From NCBI GenBank assembly GCA_016182425.1, contig JACPGP010000014.1, forward strand, positions 26,846 to 90,845: a stretch of DNA of 64,000 nt, written 5' to 3'. The position numbers and the translations under genes are program-made. The notes beneath the pieces are model-generated. The model was not told where the DNA came from, did not search any database, and saw only the letters and a program-made list of their open reading frames with translations. Position 1 is the first letter of the stretch. Each line of letters opens with the position of its first letter. Positions 63,093 to 64,000 of this stretch are shown here, one piece after another. The stretch comes from Candidatus Levyibacteriota bacterium. GTDB taxonomy: Bacteria; Patescibacteriota; Microgenomatia; Levybacterales; UBA12049.

Positions 63093-64000
63093 AGATTGCA
63101 TTTTTCCACGAATTGCCATTTGGCGGCGCACGAAGGGTGGTTAATGAATTTGGAAAACGATTAGCAAAACATTACACCGTTGATCTTTTTTATGTTGACA
63201 AGGAAGAGGATGTTGATGTTTCGTTTTTCCAGCAGATATTTTTCTTTCCATTTACTTCTTCCGAATGGTCTGGTAAAGCATGGAGGAAACGACTATACAA
63301 GGATACTGTCGAACTTTTTAGACTTGCGAAGCTTCATAAAAAGATTGCAGTACAAATTGATAAGGGTGGATATGATTTTGTTTTTGTGCACCCATCACAG
63401 TTTACCCAAGCACCATTTCTTTTGCGCTTTGTTAAAACGCCAAAGATATACTTTTGCCAAGAACCTCTTCGGATTGTCTATGATAATTTTTTGCGAACTC
63501 TTCCCAAAACCTCTCTGCCCAAAAGAATCTACGAGCGGGGCATTCGAAAATTAAGGCAAGAGATAGATAAGAAGAATATAATATATGCCAATATGATATT
63601 GGCAAATTCACGGTTTGCAAATGAATGGATAAAAAGGGCATATGGAAGAAGCTCAAAAGTTTGTTATTTAGGTGTTGATGTTGATTTGTTTAAACCGCTT
63701 GAGGAAGAAAAAGTTTATGACATACTTTTTTTGGGACAAAAGCTGCCAATTGAAGGATACGATCTTTTAGAACAAGCGCTTTCTTTTTTTAGAAGGAAAC
63801 CGAAGGTAAAAATAATAGAGCGTGGTGCAAATGGGATAGGAATAGATGATCAGCAACTTGTAGAAGAATATAATAAAACAAAACTTGTCGTATGTTTAAG
63901 CAGAAACGAACCATTTGGATTAACGGCAATTGAAGCTATGAGTTGCGGGGTTCCTGTTGTTGCAATAAGAGAAGGTGGTTTTAAGGAATCGGTTGTTGAT
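63089..64000 (+). CDS. GT4 glycosyltransferase, 3' end outside the window
   Basis: My own translation from the ATG at 63089 (ATGA overlap) is open to nt 64000: MKIAFFHELPFGGARRVV...LGVDVDLF...SRNEPFGLTAIEAMSCGVPVVA. It is not in the ORF track because no stop is reached. Confidence 0.75.
   Translation, partial: MKIAFFHELPFGGARRVVNEFGKRLAKHYTVDLFYVDKEEDVDVSFFQQIFFFPFTSSEWSGKAWRKRLYKDTVELFRLAKLHKKIAVQIDKGGYDFVFVHPSQFTQAPFLLRFVKTPKIYFCQEPLRIVYDNFLRTLPKTSLPKRIYERGIRKLRQEIDKKNIIYANMILANSRFANEWIKRAYGRSSKVCYLGVDVDLFKPLEEEKVYDILFLGQKLPIEGYDLLEQALSFFRRKPKVKIIERGANGIGIDDQQLVEEYNKTKLVVCLSRNEPFGLTAIEAMSCGVPVVAIREGGFKESVVD

Noticed and set aside
63180-63554. 124-aa ORF in the track
   Set aside because: It is out of frame with the open GT4 reading frame starting at 63089, which has clear family motifs through to the window end.

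Overview
This window is AT-rich (roughly high-30s % GC by eye, not computed), tightly packed and mostly plus-strand. Gene content and style suggest a small-genome Patescibacteria/CPR-type bacterium; this is inference, no search was run, and all protein calls come from motif recognition in the supplied translations. Layout: (1) 1-16.4 kb is a surface-glycan locus: GT4 and GT2 transferases, an LbH acetyltransferase, a Wzy/O-antigen-ligase-like::GT-C fusion, a GT-C, manC, a phosphoglycosyl transferase and a DUF4012-like protein. (2) recO and glyQS. (3) 18.9-41.4 kb is an unusually complete division/cell-wall cluster: mraZ-rsmH-ftsL-ftsI-murE-murC-murB-murA-glmU-like-HAD-glmS-hydrolase-murF-degT-femX-mraY-ftsW-murG-ftsQ-ftsA-ftsZ. 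(4) A GT-C/GT2 pair, ileS, rodA, rplU, rpmA, parB and lepB. (5) A tRNA locus. (6) A TPP-riboswitch-led thiamine-salvage ABC operon ending in thiamine pyrophosphokinase. (7) Three orphan genes. (8) A 1004-aa secreted multidomain protein. (9) A second glycan locus running off the window. The hunt gave four main signals. (a) A perfect tRNA-Val(CAC) gene is nested inside the D-stem of a second, otherwise perfect tRNA-Val(CAC) gene. (b) The GC-rich flanks of that insertion recur as a 21-bp in-frame insert in ileS. (c) Eight ~30-bp tandem heptanucleotide tracts, with units sharing a TCA(A/G) core, are embedded in-frame in envelope and cell-wall genes. (d) Two copies of a GC-rich palindromic element are translated in different reading frames in two adjacent glycosyltransferases. 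No CRISPR array, rRNA, transposase or reverse transcriptase was seen.
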